Shown here: piece by piece, positions 49,511 to 60,832 of the stretch
Layout of the letters: each line of letters opens with the position of its first letter
Position numbering within the stretch: position 1 is the first letter of the stretch
Source of the DNA: Thermoanaerobaculia bacterium
GTDB taxonomy: Bacteria; Acidobacteriota; Thermoanaerobaculia; Multivoradales; Multivoraceae
Assembly: GCA_963664405.1 (NCBI GenBank)
Contig: OY761158.1
Location: 4,448,001 to 4,512,000 of the forward strand
Direction of reading: 5' to 3'
Length of the DNA stretch: 64,000 nt
Translations under genes and position numbers: made by a program
The notes under the pieces: model-generated
What the model was told of the DNA's origin: nothing
Databases searched by the model: none
The model's input: only the letters and a program-made list of their open reading frames with translations

Positions 49511-52325
49511 ATGAGAGGACTGGATCAGATCTTCGGTATGGGCGTTGTGTTGCTGTTGAGTGTGCCGGCCAGTGCGCTGGCCCAGGAGAGCGCTGTCGTG
49601 AGGGGGGATCGTGACCGACAGCACCGGAGCCGTCATTCCCGGTGCGGAAGTCACGGTGATCCACGAAACGACCGATGAAGCCACAACAGGCTTGACAAAC
49701 GAAAGCGGGAATTACGAGTTCACTGGTTTGCCACCTGGGCTTTATACGCTAACAGTGGACTCGCCCGGCTTTCAAACGGGCACCTACAGCAATGTTGACC
49801 TCGGGTCCGGCCAACCGGTTCAGCAGAATTTTAGCCTCGGGATCGGCGCGGTCGACATGACTCTCGTCGTCGTTGGCACTCGCGCGGAGCCGCGCTCGGT
49901 CACTGAGTCGACGGTGCCGGTCGACGCCATCTCGCCCCAAGAAATCGTCCGTCAAGGCGACACCGACCTGAGCAACCGGTTACGGACGGTCATTCCCTCC
50001 TACAACGTTTCCGTGCACCCGATCGCCGATGCGGCGACGATCGTCCGGCCAGCGAGCCTGAGAAACCTGGCACCGGAGCATACGCTAGTGCTGGTGAACG
50101 GCAAGCGGCGCCACCGCTCGTCAATCATCGCCTGGCAGTTCGGATCGACGGTCGGCAATCACGGCCCAGACATATCGACCATCCCGTCAATTGCGCTGCG
50201 GCAGGTTGAGGTGCTGCGCGACGGCGCGTCGGCGCAATACGGCTCGGACGCCATCGCCGGCGTGATGAACTTTCAGCTCAAGGACGCCAACTCGGGCGGC
50301 CGCTTTGAGATCAACAGCGGCACCTATGGCAAGGAAGGAGGAGGCAGCTACACCTTCGTCGGCAATGTCGGGCTTCCCATCGGCCAGACCGGATTCGCCA
50401 ACTTGAGCCTCGAGTACGGCAATACTAATCGGACTGACGTCAGCATTCAGCGGGCCGACGCAGCGGGACTCATCGCCGCGGGCAACAACGCCGTCGCTAT
50501 CCCGGCGCAGCCGTGGGGTGCGCCCGATGTCGACGACGACTTCAAGTTTTTTGGCAACTTCGGCCACCCGTTCGCGAACGGCCTGCAGCTCTACGGCCAC
50601 ACCAACTATGCCGGACGGAAGGTGACCGGAAACTTTTTCTATCGGAACCCCACCGATAATGCGCTCTTCGGCGACGGCAAGCAACTGTTGGTCGGCGACC
50701 GGCTCCAGGCGGGTGGCCAGGGCTCCGCAGACTGCCCCACGGTTCCGATCGTCGACAGTGTGCCGGATCCGGCGGCCCTCGACCGGCTGAACCAGAACCA
50801 GAACTGCTTCGCCTTTGCACAGCGGTTCCCGGGTGGCTTCACACCGCGGTTCAGTGGCAAAGTGACCGACGGGTCGGTGGTCGCCGGTCTGCGTGGGTTC
50901 ACGACCACCGACCTCACTTGGGATGTCAGCACCAGCTACGGAGCCCATCAGACCGATTTCTTCCTGCGGGATACGGTCAACGCCTCGCTCGGCCTGGAGA
51001 GCCCGACCGAATTCGACCCCGGCCATGTACGGCAGGAGGAACTGGGCCTCAATTTCGACGTCTCCTACGCCGCTACTGACCGGTTGAACATCGCCGCGGG
51101 CACCGAGTGGCGTCATGAGCGGTTTGAGATCGGGGCCGGGGACCGGGCATCGTACGAAATCGGCCCCTACGCGAACCAGGGTTTCACATCCGGGTAGAAC
51201 GGCTTTCCCGGTTTCAGCCAAGCGTGGTCGGGAGGGTGGAACCGCAACAGCCGCGCGGTCTACGGAGACCTCGAGTTGCGCGATTTGGATGGCGCCTGGA
51301 CCATCGGCGGAGCCGTCCGGTTCGAGCACTTCGATCTCTTCGGCGCCACGACGAACGGGAAGCTCTCCGGCCGCTACCGGTTCGCTCCCTCCGTCGCCCT
51401 GCGCGGCAGCGTAGGCAGCGGGTTCCGCGCGCCGACGGTTGGACAGCAATATGCGCAGAACGTGCAGACCACGCTCGACTCGAACGGGAATCTGGTCGAT
51501 AGAGGCACCATTCAGTCGAACTCCGCGGTGGCGATGCTGAAGGGCGGACAGGCACTCAAGCCGGAGACGTCGGTCAACTACACCATCGGCACGATCATCG
51601 ATACCGGGGCGTTCACCCTCACCGCTGACTACTTTCACATCGACGTCTCCGACCGCCTCACGCTGACGCGGGACTTCACCCTCACGGCGGACGAGGTCGC
51701 CCAAGTCGAAAGGACCGGCGTCCAGGGTGCCAGCACCCTGACCTCGTTTAACTTCTTCACGAACGATTTCTCGACCCGGACGCGGGGAATCGACTTGGTT
51801 TCGACCTGGACGCCACTCGCCCTCGGCGGGAATACGGCGTTCAGCGCCGCCTACAACTACACCGACACCGAGGTGACGGGTGAGACCGGCCTGCTCGGAG
51901 AAGGCGACATCGTCGCCTTGGAGAACTACGTGCCAAACACCCGCTGGAACGTCAGCGTCACACAGCGCGCCGGTCGGATGAGTATCCTCGGCCGCCTGAA
52001 CTACTACGGATCGTGGATAGACTCCTGGGACGCAAAGTTACTCGGGCGGGGCAAAGCCGCCCCAGTCTTCGGTGGCAAGCCGATTGTCGATCTTGAGGTT
52101 TCCATGCCGCTCGCCGAAAGGGTCACGCTGGCGCTCGGCGGACAGAACGTCTTCAACACATTCTCGGACAAGTACGAGAACACCTTCACCGACATCGGCG
52201 GCGCGCCGATCACCATGCGTTTCTTCGGCATGCCCTACAGCCCGTTCACACCGTGGGGTTTCAACGGCGCCTACTACTATGCCCGTCTCAGCTATTCCTT
52301 CGGCACGGGCCTCAGCACAAGATGA
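49511..52325 (+). pseudogene. TonB-dependent receptor with carboxypeptidase-regulatory-like N-domain, interrupted
   Basis: Signal peptide, VTDSTGAVIPGAEV, VVVGTR, LVLVNGKRRH, EVLRDGASAQYGSDAIAGV, GFRAPT, LKPETS and YYARLSYSF. Frameshift in the G6 run at about 49602 and an in-frame TAG at 51195. Confidence 0.88.
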
Positions 52326-52475
52326 CCGTTACTGGTCCGTGAAGTCCTCTGAAATTCGGCCCAAAGACCAGCGCTGGAGGGGCTTGCACAAAAGGAGCGG
52401 CTTTGCAACCCTCTGACCACGGACGTGTTTTCAAGGGCTTAGACGTTGCGAAACGGTATTGCAGTATTAATTCGA

Positions 52476-52747
52476 CTAGCAATAGGTTTGTGAAACCAAG
52501 TTTTCCAACGCGCACCCACGGAATTGCGCGAGGTTACCCTCTGATCGATTTTCATTGAGTACGATATCCGTTCTCTTACACCACTTTCGGTAATGCCAAA
52601 TGATTTCATTCTTGAAATTCATATATCCGAAGATGGCATCCATCATGAGCTTCAAGTAATGCCCCATGGTGGGATCGCAGTGCAGGTAGATTGAGCCAAT
52701 GGGCTTGAGTATTCGCCGCATTTCGATGAGCCGGATCGCCATGTAGG
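52476..52747 (-). pseudogene. Fragment of an N4/N6 site-specific DNA methyltransferase
   Basis: YMAIRLIEMRRILKPIGSIYLHCDPTMGHYLKLMMDAIFG..NFKNEIIWHY. It is cut at its 5' side by IS1380. Confidence 0.8.
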
Positions 52748-52751
52748 TTAG

Positions 52752-53472
52752 CCCCGATTTGCGAGAAAGATCGCCGTGAGCTGGTGTCCCGAGAAGAGAA
52801 AGGCCTTCCGCCGTGGTGTACTTCGGGTGTCAAAGCCCAAGAGAGGTCACCACAACGAAAGGCCACTTTCAATGCGATTAAGAAGAGCAGATCTCAGGCG
52901 TCGGGTCAATGGTCGAATGGAGTACCGATGCGGCCTGCAGCAAGTCACTTCGCATGCCGGATTGGAGCTGGTGCGGGAGTTTGTTCAGGGGCGGAGGTTT
53001 CGCGAACGGGTTCGCCGCCTGGTCGGGAATGCGTTCCCGAACACGGACTTCGGCACCGTAGCGATGCTGCTTCTGTTGCTCGGCCTTCTGATGGTCGGCG
53101 GTCGTCGGATCTGGCACCTTCGCTACGTGCAGTTCGATCCGATCTTGGCCAGGTTCGCCGGGTTGCGCCGGCTCCCGTCGACAAGGACCGTAAGCGGGTG
53201 GCTGGCGCAGCTGTCCTCGAGTCACGTGGCGCGTTTGGTACGGCTCAACTCGGAGGTGGTCGGCGAGGCTCTGAATGCGGCGGGACGGGCGCGCTTGACG
53301 ATCGATGTCGATGGCTCGGTGGTCTCTACTGGACAGACGGTCGAAGGAGCGAAGTGTGGCTTCAATCCTCACCACCGGAAGGTCCCGAGCTACTACCCGA
53401 TCACCGCCTACGAGGCGCAGTCGGGCCAGATCCTGCGGGTCGAGAACCGTCCGGGTAACGTCCACGATGGAA
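52752..53472 (+). mobile_element. IS1380-family element, 3'-truncated (copy 2)
   Basis: The end is CCCCGATT, and the CDS runs from ATG 52872 (MRLRRADL...) to RPGNVHDG. Confidence 0.85.
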
Positions 53473-53509
53473 GATGATGACGATTGTGAGTCGATCCTAC
53501 ACGTCAACC

Positions 53510-54275
53510 GGGTCGTCGGGCCAAACGCTTCGAGACCGTGCTCGGAGCGATGCGCCTGGAGCGGGCGTATTACGACTGTCCCAACTGTAAGACAGGCTTC
53601 TGCCCTCGCGACCGTGGGCTGGGTCTGGAAGGGCGCTCGCTGTCGCCGGCCGTCACCCGGATGGTGGGCACCGTTGGTGCCCTGGTGAGCTTCCAGGAGG
53701 GCAGCGAGCTGCTCTCGGAGCTTTCGGGGATCGAGGTCGGCGCGAAACAGGTGGAGCGCACCGCCGAGGCCTTGGGGCGTGAGATCGCCCAGCATGAGCG
53801 ACAGGTCGTCGAGTCCGCCAACTCTTCCGAGATCCCGGAGACACTGTACCTGGGAGTGGACGGCACCGGGGTGCCGATGCGCCGCTCCGAGCTCGCCGGC
53901 CGCGCCGGCAAGCAGCCCGACGGATCGGCCAAGACCCGCGAGGTGAAACTGTGTACGCTGTGGAGTGCCCAGGGGCGCGACGAGGAGGATCGGCCGGTGC
54001 GAGATCGCGGCTCGGTGAGCTACTCCGCCGCCATCGAGACGGCGGCCACACACGACGTGGACCGCGAAGTAGCTCCCCTTCTGGCGGCGGGTCGAGCGCG
54101 AAGCCCAGCGGCGAGGCTTCGATCGCGTGGCGCACCAGGTCGTTTTAGGCGATGGGGCCCGGTGGATCTGGAATCTCGCCGACGAGCTCTTTCCCCGGGC
54201 GACCCAGATCGTCGACCTCTTCCACGCCTAGCTGCCACACCCACCCAACTCATCTCACAAATCTGACGTACGCCC
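53510..54275 (+). mobile_element. ISKra4-family fragment with intact right end
   Basis: Highly similar to 56780-57490. It ends ctcacaaatctgacgtacgccc like the copy ending at 57948. Confidence 0.85.
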
Positions 54276-54303
54276 CGTTTCGATCGCGGTTACGAATTCC
54301 CAC

Positions 54304-54335
54304 AAAAAAACGGGGCGGGCAAAAGCCCGCCCCGT
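54304..54335 (-). terminator. Rho-independent terminator
   Basis: Hairpin acggggcgggc-tttt-gcccgccccgt followed by a T-run on the minus strand. Confidence 0.85.
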
Positions 54336-54347
54336 AAGAAAATCCGC

Positions 54348-55846
54348 TTACGCAGAAATCAGAACTTGATCGATCAGTTTTCCGGAACCATGCACGGCGG
54401 CGGGGTCCTCTCGCCAGCCACGGGACCGAGACACGCTCTGGTGTGTCGTTGGCGTTGTCCAAACCGATAGCCTGGTAGCCAACCGAGAACAGACCCGAGG
54501 CCGTATGAATGACGCTCACGTGAGACTGCAACGTCATGTTTCCATTGACGTTGAGGTTGAGGTACATCCAACCAAACGGGAAGGTATCTCCGAACTCCGC
54601 CACGCCTACCCGCTGTGTCCCCCAGGGGCAAACCAAGTTCGGGACAATAGTGTCGTCCGGCACCGGGGAGAAGACGTCATCAGGTATGGTAATCGTCACA
54701 GCATCTTCGTCCTCGTCGAAGATCACGACCTGGTCCTGCCCCAGCTTGCTAAATCCCACGCAGAGCCCCTCGTCTTTCATATCCTCTCCAGGCGGCTTCA
54801 GGTAGGCCCCGATCTCCCCCCCCCGCGTGGTCCTCCCCCATTCATCATAGGAGGCTCCCTCTCCGCGCTATCGCGCCAGCAGAGGACGTCGGTGCCCTCA
54901 GTGAAAGGTCCTGCGTCTTCCTCGGAGTAGCGATAGGCCCACGTCGTAGGCAGAGCCTCGCGAGAGTCCTCGCCGCATGAATGGAGCTGAGCGTCCATCC
55001 TCGCCCCTGTGGACGCCAAGTAACGGCCGTAGAAGGTGTAGCTGCCCGTCCACATCGCCGTTGGCCTCGATGTGCACCAGCGTATCGCCCTGAGCGAAGT
55101 TGCCGGTCGGATCGACCAGGAAGTAGTCACCCCAGAGCACGTTGGCAGAAGTACCGTTCTTGGTGATGGTGGTCTCCGAAGTAAGTTCGCACCCGAAGTA
55201 GCGGTGGCGGTGCTGCACGTCTTCACGTTATCGACCGTGATGTAGCCACGAGCGATGCCGTCGGCCGGATCAGAGATTCCCTGGTCGAAGGTTGCGCACA
55301 TACCGGTCTCCGTGAACCCTGCCGGGATCGGCAGCCCGGTGTGGGCATGGCGAATGAACTGCAGGTAGGCATCAGGCAGTTTGTCCGGTAACGGAATCGC
55401 CGCGCAGGGCAGCACAAAGGTCGTCATTAAACTCAGCTCACGTAACCGGAGAACCGACAACGGACCCTCTGTATCGATTTCTTTCGCTCCGCATTGCTCG
55501 GGAGCAAGGTCGGCGGCAAACGGCCCATGGCGAACAGAGACCCCAGGTTCGAGGTAATGACATCGTAACCCGTGAGGTAGACATCAAAGGTCAATGTAGG
55601 ACGGGATGCTTGGGTCCACAAGGTGATATGGGCGAGCTGGGGAGCCGCAGAGGCGTTGTTGATCGAAAACAGAGTAACGAGATCGCTACCACTGTTCTCG
55701 AGCCCCACCTCGAAGTACGGCAAAAGAAGCGTCGCCGCAGGAACGGCATCCAACGCACCGTACACTGCAAACGCCTGATTGCCAATCACCAAGAGACCGC
55801 TAATCGCCACACAGGCGATCAGTAGCTTGGCTTTCTTTGAATTCAT
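54348..55846 (-). pseudogene. Secreted protein of unknown function (VPAATLLLPYFEV family), split by several frameshifts
   Basis: Signal peptide, then DAVPAATLLLPYFEV, TLFSINNASAAPQLAHITLWT, ARGYITVDNV, NVLWGDYF..NFAQGDTLVHIEA, REALPTTW and FGWMYLNLN, spread over several ORFs. The 3' end is approximate. Confidence 0.7.
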
Positions 55847-56186
55847 TTCAGACTATCTCCAAAAATTTTCGTTCACGTCAGACGCGCTCACCGCAATGGC
55901 AAGCAACAACAACGCCCGACAACTTCTGACTTAGATTCCGTACTCCCACTTCACGCTGCGCCGAATCACCTCCTAGTAAAAGGATCGAATCTCGCTGGCC
56001 CCCTCGGGGGCGTTGTTTTCCAATAACGAGAGTTGCGTACTATAGACGAGAATCTATGACGAGTCAAGACTCCGCCTCCGTCTGGGTGCACGACACCAGA
56101 GTGATGAGCTGGATCCGGGTTGACGTTCCGTAGGTCTTGGCGATAGTGTTCTGACAGCTCTATAGACTGTCAGAATGGAGGCTGCT

Positions 56187-56606
56187 ATGACCGACACTCC
56201 GCCCCGCCTTGCCGAGCTAGAGAAGCGACGCCGAGAAGTGCGAGAGCTGCTGGCCAATATCGGGGAGATGCGCCCCGGATCTTTGGTCGGACGCTACCGC
56301 AAGTGTGGCAAGCCGGGCTGCCACTGTGCTCGGCCCTCCGAGCCGGGGCATGGCCCGAGCTGGTCACTCACCCGCCGAGTCGAGGGCAAGACCGTGACCA
56401 AGGTCATCCCCCCGGGCCCAGGCGTCGAGCGCACCAGAGCGCAGATTGACGAGTGCCGGCGCTTTCGGCGCCTGGCTCGGGAGCTGATCGAGATCAGCGA
56501 GCAGCTGTGCGACGCGGCACTGCGAAGGGCGGAGGGTCCGGGGGAGCAAAAAGGGGGCTCCAGACGATTTTCGAGGCCGAGATCGCGACCGAAGTCGAGG
56601 CGCTGA
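56187..56606 (+). CDS. IS accessory protein (Cys/His-rich, DUF6788-like)
   Basis: RBS GGAGG; MRPGSL...RKCGKPGCHC...HGP.W.LT. Confidence 0.8.
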   Translation: MTDTPPRLAELEKRRREVRELLANIGEMRPGSLVGRYRKCGKPGCHCARPSEPGHGPSWSLTRRVEGKTVTKVIPPGPGVERTRAQIDECRRFRRLARELIEISEQLCDAALRRAEGPGEQKGGSRRFSRPRSRPKSRR

Positions 56607-57904
56607 TCAGCCCAGAGGCGCTCGAGGCGCTCGACTTCGAGGCCTTGGAGACGAGCGCGCGCCGGCGGGCCCTCGAGCTGGCGGCACGGGCAGTGGAGCA
56701 GCGGCTCAATTCGGATCACACCGATCACGTCGGTGCGGCGGCGCCGTGCGACTGCGGTCAGACGGCTCGCTACGCCGGTCGTCGGGCCAAACGCTTCGAG
56801 ACCGTCCTCGGATCGATGCACCTGGAGCGGGCGTATTACGACTGTCTGCACTGTCAGAAAGGCTTCTGCCCTCGCGACCGTGTGCTGGGTCTCGAAGGCC
56901 GCTCGCTGTCGCCGGCCGTCACCCGGATGGTGGGCACCGTCGGTGCCCTGGTGAGCTTCCAGGAGGGCAGCGAGCTTCTCTCGGAGCTTTCGGGGATCGA
57001 GGTCGGCGCCAAACAGGTGGAGCGCACCTCGGAGGCCTTGGGGCGCGAGATTGCGGCCTACGAGCAACAGGTCATCGAGCCCGTCGAGTCTTCACACATC
57101 CCGCAGACGCTCTACCTGGGAGTGGACGGCACCGGGGTGCCGATGCGCCGCTGCGAGCTTACCGGCCGCCCGGGCAAGCAGCCCGACGGATCGGCCAAGA
57201 CCCGGGAGGTGAAGCTTTGTACGCTCTGGAGCGCCGAAGCCCGCGACGACGAGGACCGCCCGGTGCGCGATCGGGGCTCGGTGAGCTACTCCGCCGCCAT
57301 CGAGACGGCGGCTACTCAGGACGTGGACTCAACCGTGGCTCCCTTCTGGCAGCGAGTCGAGCGCGAAGCGAAGCGTCGAGGCTTCGATCGTGCCCGACGC
57401 CAGGTCTTCCTCGGCGATGGGGCACTGTGGATCTGGAATCTCGCCGACGAGCTCTTTCCTCGGGCGACCCAGATCGTCGACCTCTTCCACGCCATGGAGC
57501 ACCTCAGCGAGGTGGCGCGGGCGATCTATGGAGCCTCCAGCGACCTCGCCACCGCCTGGGCTCGGCAGCGCTATGACGAGCTCGAGGCCGGAGACCTCGA
57601 CGCCCTTCTCGGAGTCCTCCGTACGCACCAGACCAGCTGTGAGGAGGCTCGCAAGGCGGCGGCGTACTTCCAACGCAACCAACACCGTATGCGCTACCAT
57701 CGCTTCCGCGCCAAAGGGCTCTGCACCTCGACCGGCGTCGTTGAAGCCGGGTGCAAGGTCGTCGTCGGCCACCGCCTCAAGCGCGCTGGGATGCACTGGA
57801 GCCTCAACGGCGCTAACGCCATCCTGGCTCTGCGCTGTGCGAGGCTCAGCGGCCGATTCGAGATGTTCTGGAACTCCACACACCGCTGCCGACACACTGC
57901 GTAA
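56570..57904 (+). CDS. ISKra4-family transposase
   Basis: RAYYDCLHC, LYLGVDGTGVPM, LGDGALWIW, IVDLFHAMEHL, RMRY, VEAGCK and RLKRAGMHWS. The start is uncertain because it overlaps the upstream ORF. Confidence 0.9.
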   Translation, partial: FEAEIATEVEALISPEALEALDFEALETSARRRALELAARAVEQRLNSDHTDHVGAAAPCDCGQTARYAGRRAKRFETVLGSMHLERAYYDCLHCQKGFCPRDRVLGLEGRSLSPAVTRMVGTVGALVSFQEGSELLSELSGIEVGAKQVERTSEALGREIAAYEQQVIEPVESSHIPQTLYLGVDGTGVPMRRCELTGRPGKQPDGSAKTREVKLCTLWSAEARDDEDRPVRDRGSVSYSAAIETAATQDVDSTVAPFWQRVEREAKRRGFDRARRQVFLGDGALWIWNLADELFPRATQIVDLFHAMEHLSEVARAIYGASSDLATAWARQRYDELEAGDLDALLGVLRTHQTSCEEARKAAAYFQRNQHRMRYHRFRAKGLCTSTGVVEAGCKVVVGHRLKRAGMHWSLNGANAILALRCARLSGRFEMFWNSTHRCRHTA

Positions 57905-57927
57905 CAGCCGCACCCAACCACCTCATC

Positions 57928-59640
57928 TCACAAATCTGACGTACACCCCTCCGGCTCAGACTGGGTTGGCGCTGCCGGCTGCGAGCGCCACACCCTCAGA
58001 GCACCGCCCGAGGGACAGATAGCCGGTCGGCCCAGACTGGTGAGAAGGTCTCCGCCTTCGCCGGAAAAACCGGCGAGAAGGTCGTCGCGACCATCGCCGT
58101 CGAGATCCCTGAGCATGAGACCGTAGCCCCGGCAGGTGGAAGGAGGGTCGAGCTCCGGCGAGGTCTCGCGCACGAAGCCCCCGGTGCCGTCGCCCAGATA
58201 GACCAAGAGCTTGCCGTCCTCGGTGCTGGCCGCCAGGTCCAGGTGGCCGTCGGCGTCGAGATCTCCGGTTGCCAGCGACCATATGTTGTCGTCGCCCTCG
58301 ACGCTCAGAACAACGCTGCGCACCCACTCGCCGGCATCGCCGATGTGGTGGAACTCGAGCCCGCGCCGCGAGATACCCTCCCACCGGGTGGCGAAGCTCG
58401 TCACCAAGTCGTCGGACCCGTCCTCGTTGAAATCGCCCGCGCTAATGCCGAAGACCCACCCGAACTTCCGCAGAGAGGAGAGCTCCGCAGCCTCGAAGCC
58501 TTCGCCCGTGTTGAGGTGGAGGATCTCCCTGGTTCCCGAATTGTAGGTCTCGGTGGCGATGTCGACGAGCTGATCCTGGTTGAAGTCTCCCAAGACGAAA
58601 GTGTCACCGAAAACACCGCCGGTGCTGCCTTCGGAGATCGCCTTCCAGCCGGCCTCACCGGCATTGAGGAAGATGGCGAGGCCGTAAGACCGAGTGACGG
58701 GGATCCCCCTGAGCTTCTTGCCTGCCGTCGCCGGTCGCGCGCCCTCGCCCAGGGCGAGGAAGTCGGGGCGCCCATCCTGGTTCCAATCCGCCAGCTTGAC
58801 GCTGCGGCTGGTGAAACCCGTCGCATCTCCACCGGCGCCCGGTACGCTCAGCGGGAGACCTTGCGAGGCATCGCGAAACTGCCCCGGCCGCTCCTGGGCC
58901 AACACCATCAGGCCTCTGAGGTGGAAGCCCATGGCAATGTCCAAGAGACCGTTTTGGTCGACATCGGCTACCGCCACGTCGCCGTAGTTGTAGGGGGCCT
59001 CGGGGAACGAGGCCTCCCACCGGCTCCAGCTGCCTTGACCGTTGCCGAGAAATACGACCGGGGGTGAGATGACCTTACGCGGAGTGCTGTGGATGATGTC
59101 GAGAAAGCCGTCGTTGTTGATATCCGCTACGTCGAAGCCATTGCGCCACTGCCCCGCTCGCGGCAGCCCCTCGTCGAAGCTCTCGAAGCGCAGACGATCG
59201 TCGCGACGATCTTCGAATGCATAGCTGGCGGCGACCTCCGCCAGCCGCTCTTCCTGCCTCTTGCGCTTGAGAGCCAGGCCACGCTCGGTGTCTTCCCGAG
59301 GTACCGGGCGGCCCAGCTTGAGGTAGAAAAAATCGCCGTCTTCGTCGAAGATTTCCCAGGCAAAGAAGCGCTGATAGCGTACGCGCCTTCCCTCGCCCTC
59401 CAGCAAGTAGGGCTCCGTCTTCGAGAAACGGGCGATGTAATAACGGCGCCCGTCGGAGTCCTCGAGCCACTCATCCTCTCCCAGCGGCCAGTGGCGCACG
59501 AGTGCGTCCAAGGGATCTTTCTCTGTCGTCGCTTGAGTCTCGACTGCGCGCGACGGAACGACACCGAGAAGAATGACAACGCCTAGCGTCACCGCCCGAG
59601 ACCGACGAAGATAGCGAATCACTCTGCTGCCGCGGGACAT
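57928..59640 (-). CDS. Secreted FG-GAP/VCBS repeat (beta-propeller) protein
   Basis: RBS AGGAG and signal peptide. Repeats ADINNDGFLDI, ADVDQNGLLDI, ADWNQDGRPDF, GDFNQDQLVDI, GDFNEDGSDDL, GDLDADGHLDL and RDLDGDGRDDL. Confidence 0.9.
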   Translation of the reverse strand: MSRGSRVIRYLRRSRAVTLGVVILLGVVPSRAVETQATTEKDPLDALVRHWPLGEDEWLEDSDGRRYYIARFSKTEPYLLEGEGRRVRYQRFFAWEIFDEDGDFFYLKLGRPVPREDTERGLALKRKRQEERLAEVAASYAFEDRRDDRLRFESFDEGLPRAGQWRNGFDVADINNDGFLDIIHSTPRKVISPPVVFLGNGQGSWSRWEASFPEAPYNYGDVAVADVDQNGLLDIAMGFHLRGLMVLAQERPGQFRDASQGLPLSVPGAGGDATGFTSRSVKLADWNQDGRPDFLALGEGARPATAGKKLRGIPVTRSYGLAIFLNAGEAGWKAISEGSTGGVFGDTFVLGDFNQDQLVDIATETYNSGTREILHLNTGEGFEAAELSSLRKFGWVFGISAGDFNEDGSDDLVTSFATRWEGISRRGLEFHHIGDAGEWVRSVVLSVEGDDNIWSLATGDLDADGHLDLAASTEDGKLLVYLGDGTGGFVRETSPELDPPSTCRGYGLMLRDLDGDGRDDLLAGFSGEGGDLLTSLGRPAICPSGGALRVWRSQPAAPTQSEPEGCTSDL

Positions 59641-59922
59641 CTGAGCTCCTCTGGTGCCATGATCGCCTGAGATCGTGGCGGGTGACGAGGCGGTGCCGAT
59701 CGCCCCCCCCGCCGGCGGGACGAGTCGCACTCTCCCCGATCGAGCGGTCATGCTTTCACGCGGCTCGGGGGCTGTCAACGACGCGTTCTTACCTTCGGGA
59801 AACCGCCGTCGGCACTGGCGGCTCGGGTGTGTCGCCATTGACATAGAGGTGCGAACCAGGCTAGTTTATGCTATTCCGGCATGGTTCGGTCGTAGACCGA
59901 TCTATCGGTAGGCGGGAGAAGT

Positions 59923-60828
59923 GTGAGCCGAGTCGAAGAAATCCTGGACGAGTTCCGTGGTCATGTAGACGAGGGGGCGAGAGAGCTCCGCCGAGGAGAT
60001 CTCGAGTCTGCCCTGGTCTGCTTCGAGCGCGCGCTCGATTGCGCCAGGAGTAGCGACGACCCTGATCTCGTCGACCTCGCCGAGTGCAATCGCTCCGCCA
60101 TCCTGATCGAGCTCGGAGAAGAGAGGGATCAACTTCCGACGATGCGCTCGATTCTGCTGCGGAGCGCCGATGCGCAGAACTGTATGGTCGCCGCCACCAA
60201 CGCCGCCCGGGTCTACGACTTGGTGAAGGACTTCAAGAAGGCATTGTTCTACGCCCGCGTCGCTTCCAACCATGCCGATGCCGTCGGCGACGCGTCACAA
60301 CGGGCCAGTGTCGCCAACCTGGTCGGGAATCTGCTGATTGCGGACTCCGCAGTCGACAAGGCCGCCCTGAGCTACGAGCAGGCGCTCGGCATGATGCCCG
60401 ACAACGATCCGGTGTGGCGAGCCCGAGCCGTCGGTAACCTGGGCTACTGCCGGATTCTCCAGGGAAAAGTGCGCGAAGCCCTCTCTCTACTGCAGGAGAG
60501 TGTTGCGGAGCTCAGATCACTGGCCGCACGTCCGTACCTGATCTCACCCCTTCTCGATCTTGCCTTCGCTCTGTTGGAGGCCGACAAGCCAGGGCAGGCG
60601 CGACCGGTGGCGGAGGAGGGCCTTGCTCTCGCCGAAGAGCTCGAGGACCTCGACGCCCGGAAAAACGCGCTCTACCTCCTCGGCGAAGCCGCCAGCCTCG
60701 AGGGCGACATCGAAACCGCCCGCCACTGCTTCGGAGAGCTACAGCAGCGCTTCTATCCGGACAAGCCTTTCGTTTCCGAGTTCCTCCTTTCGGTCGACGT
60801 ACGCAAGGTAGTCAATCTGAGGGCATGA
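59923..60828 (+). CDS. Tetratricopeptide-repeat protein
   Basis: Repeated helical motifs ALVCFERAL, ANLVGNL...YEQAL, GNLGYCRILQG and LYLLGEAASLEG. Confidence 0.85.
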   Translation: MSRVEEILDEFRGHVDEGARELRRGDLESALVCFERALDCARSSDDPDLVDLAECNRSAILIELGEERDQLPTMRSILLRSADAQNCMVAATNAARVYDLVKDFKKALFYARVASNHADAVGDASQRASVANLVGNLLIADSAVDKAALSYEQALGMMPDNDPVWRARAVGNLGYCRILQGKVREALSLLQESVAELRSLAARPYLISPLLDLAFALLEADKPGQARPVAEEGLALAEELEDLDARKNALYLLGEAASLEGDIETARHCFGELQQRFYPDKPFVSEFLLSVDVRKVVNLRA

Positions 60829-60832
60829 CAAG

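Larger units (their letters stand above)
56084..57948 (+). mobile_element. Complete ISKra4-family IS with 8-bp target duplication
   Basis: Ends gggtgcacgaca / tgacgtacaccc, flanked by ctccgtct and ctccggct (7/8 match). Confidence 0.85.

Noticed and set aside
51195-51197. Pyrrolysine or recoded amber in the TonB receptor
   Set aside because: TAG is used as a normal stop in many genes here and no pyl genes are visible. A single TCG>TAG change explains it.
55985-55994. tcgaatctcg as attR copy of the tRNA-Gly 3' end
   Set aside because: Only 10 bp match and the match does not extend into the acceptor stem.
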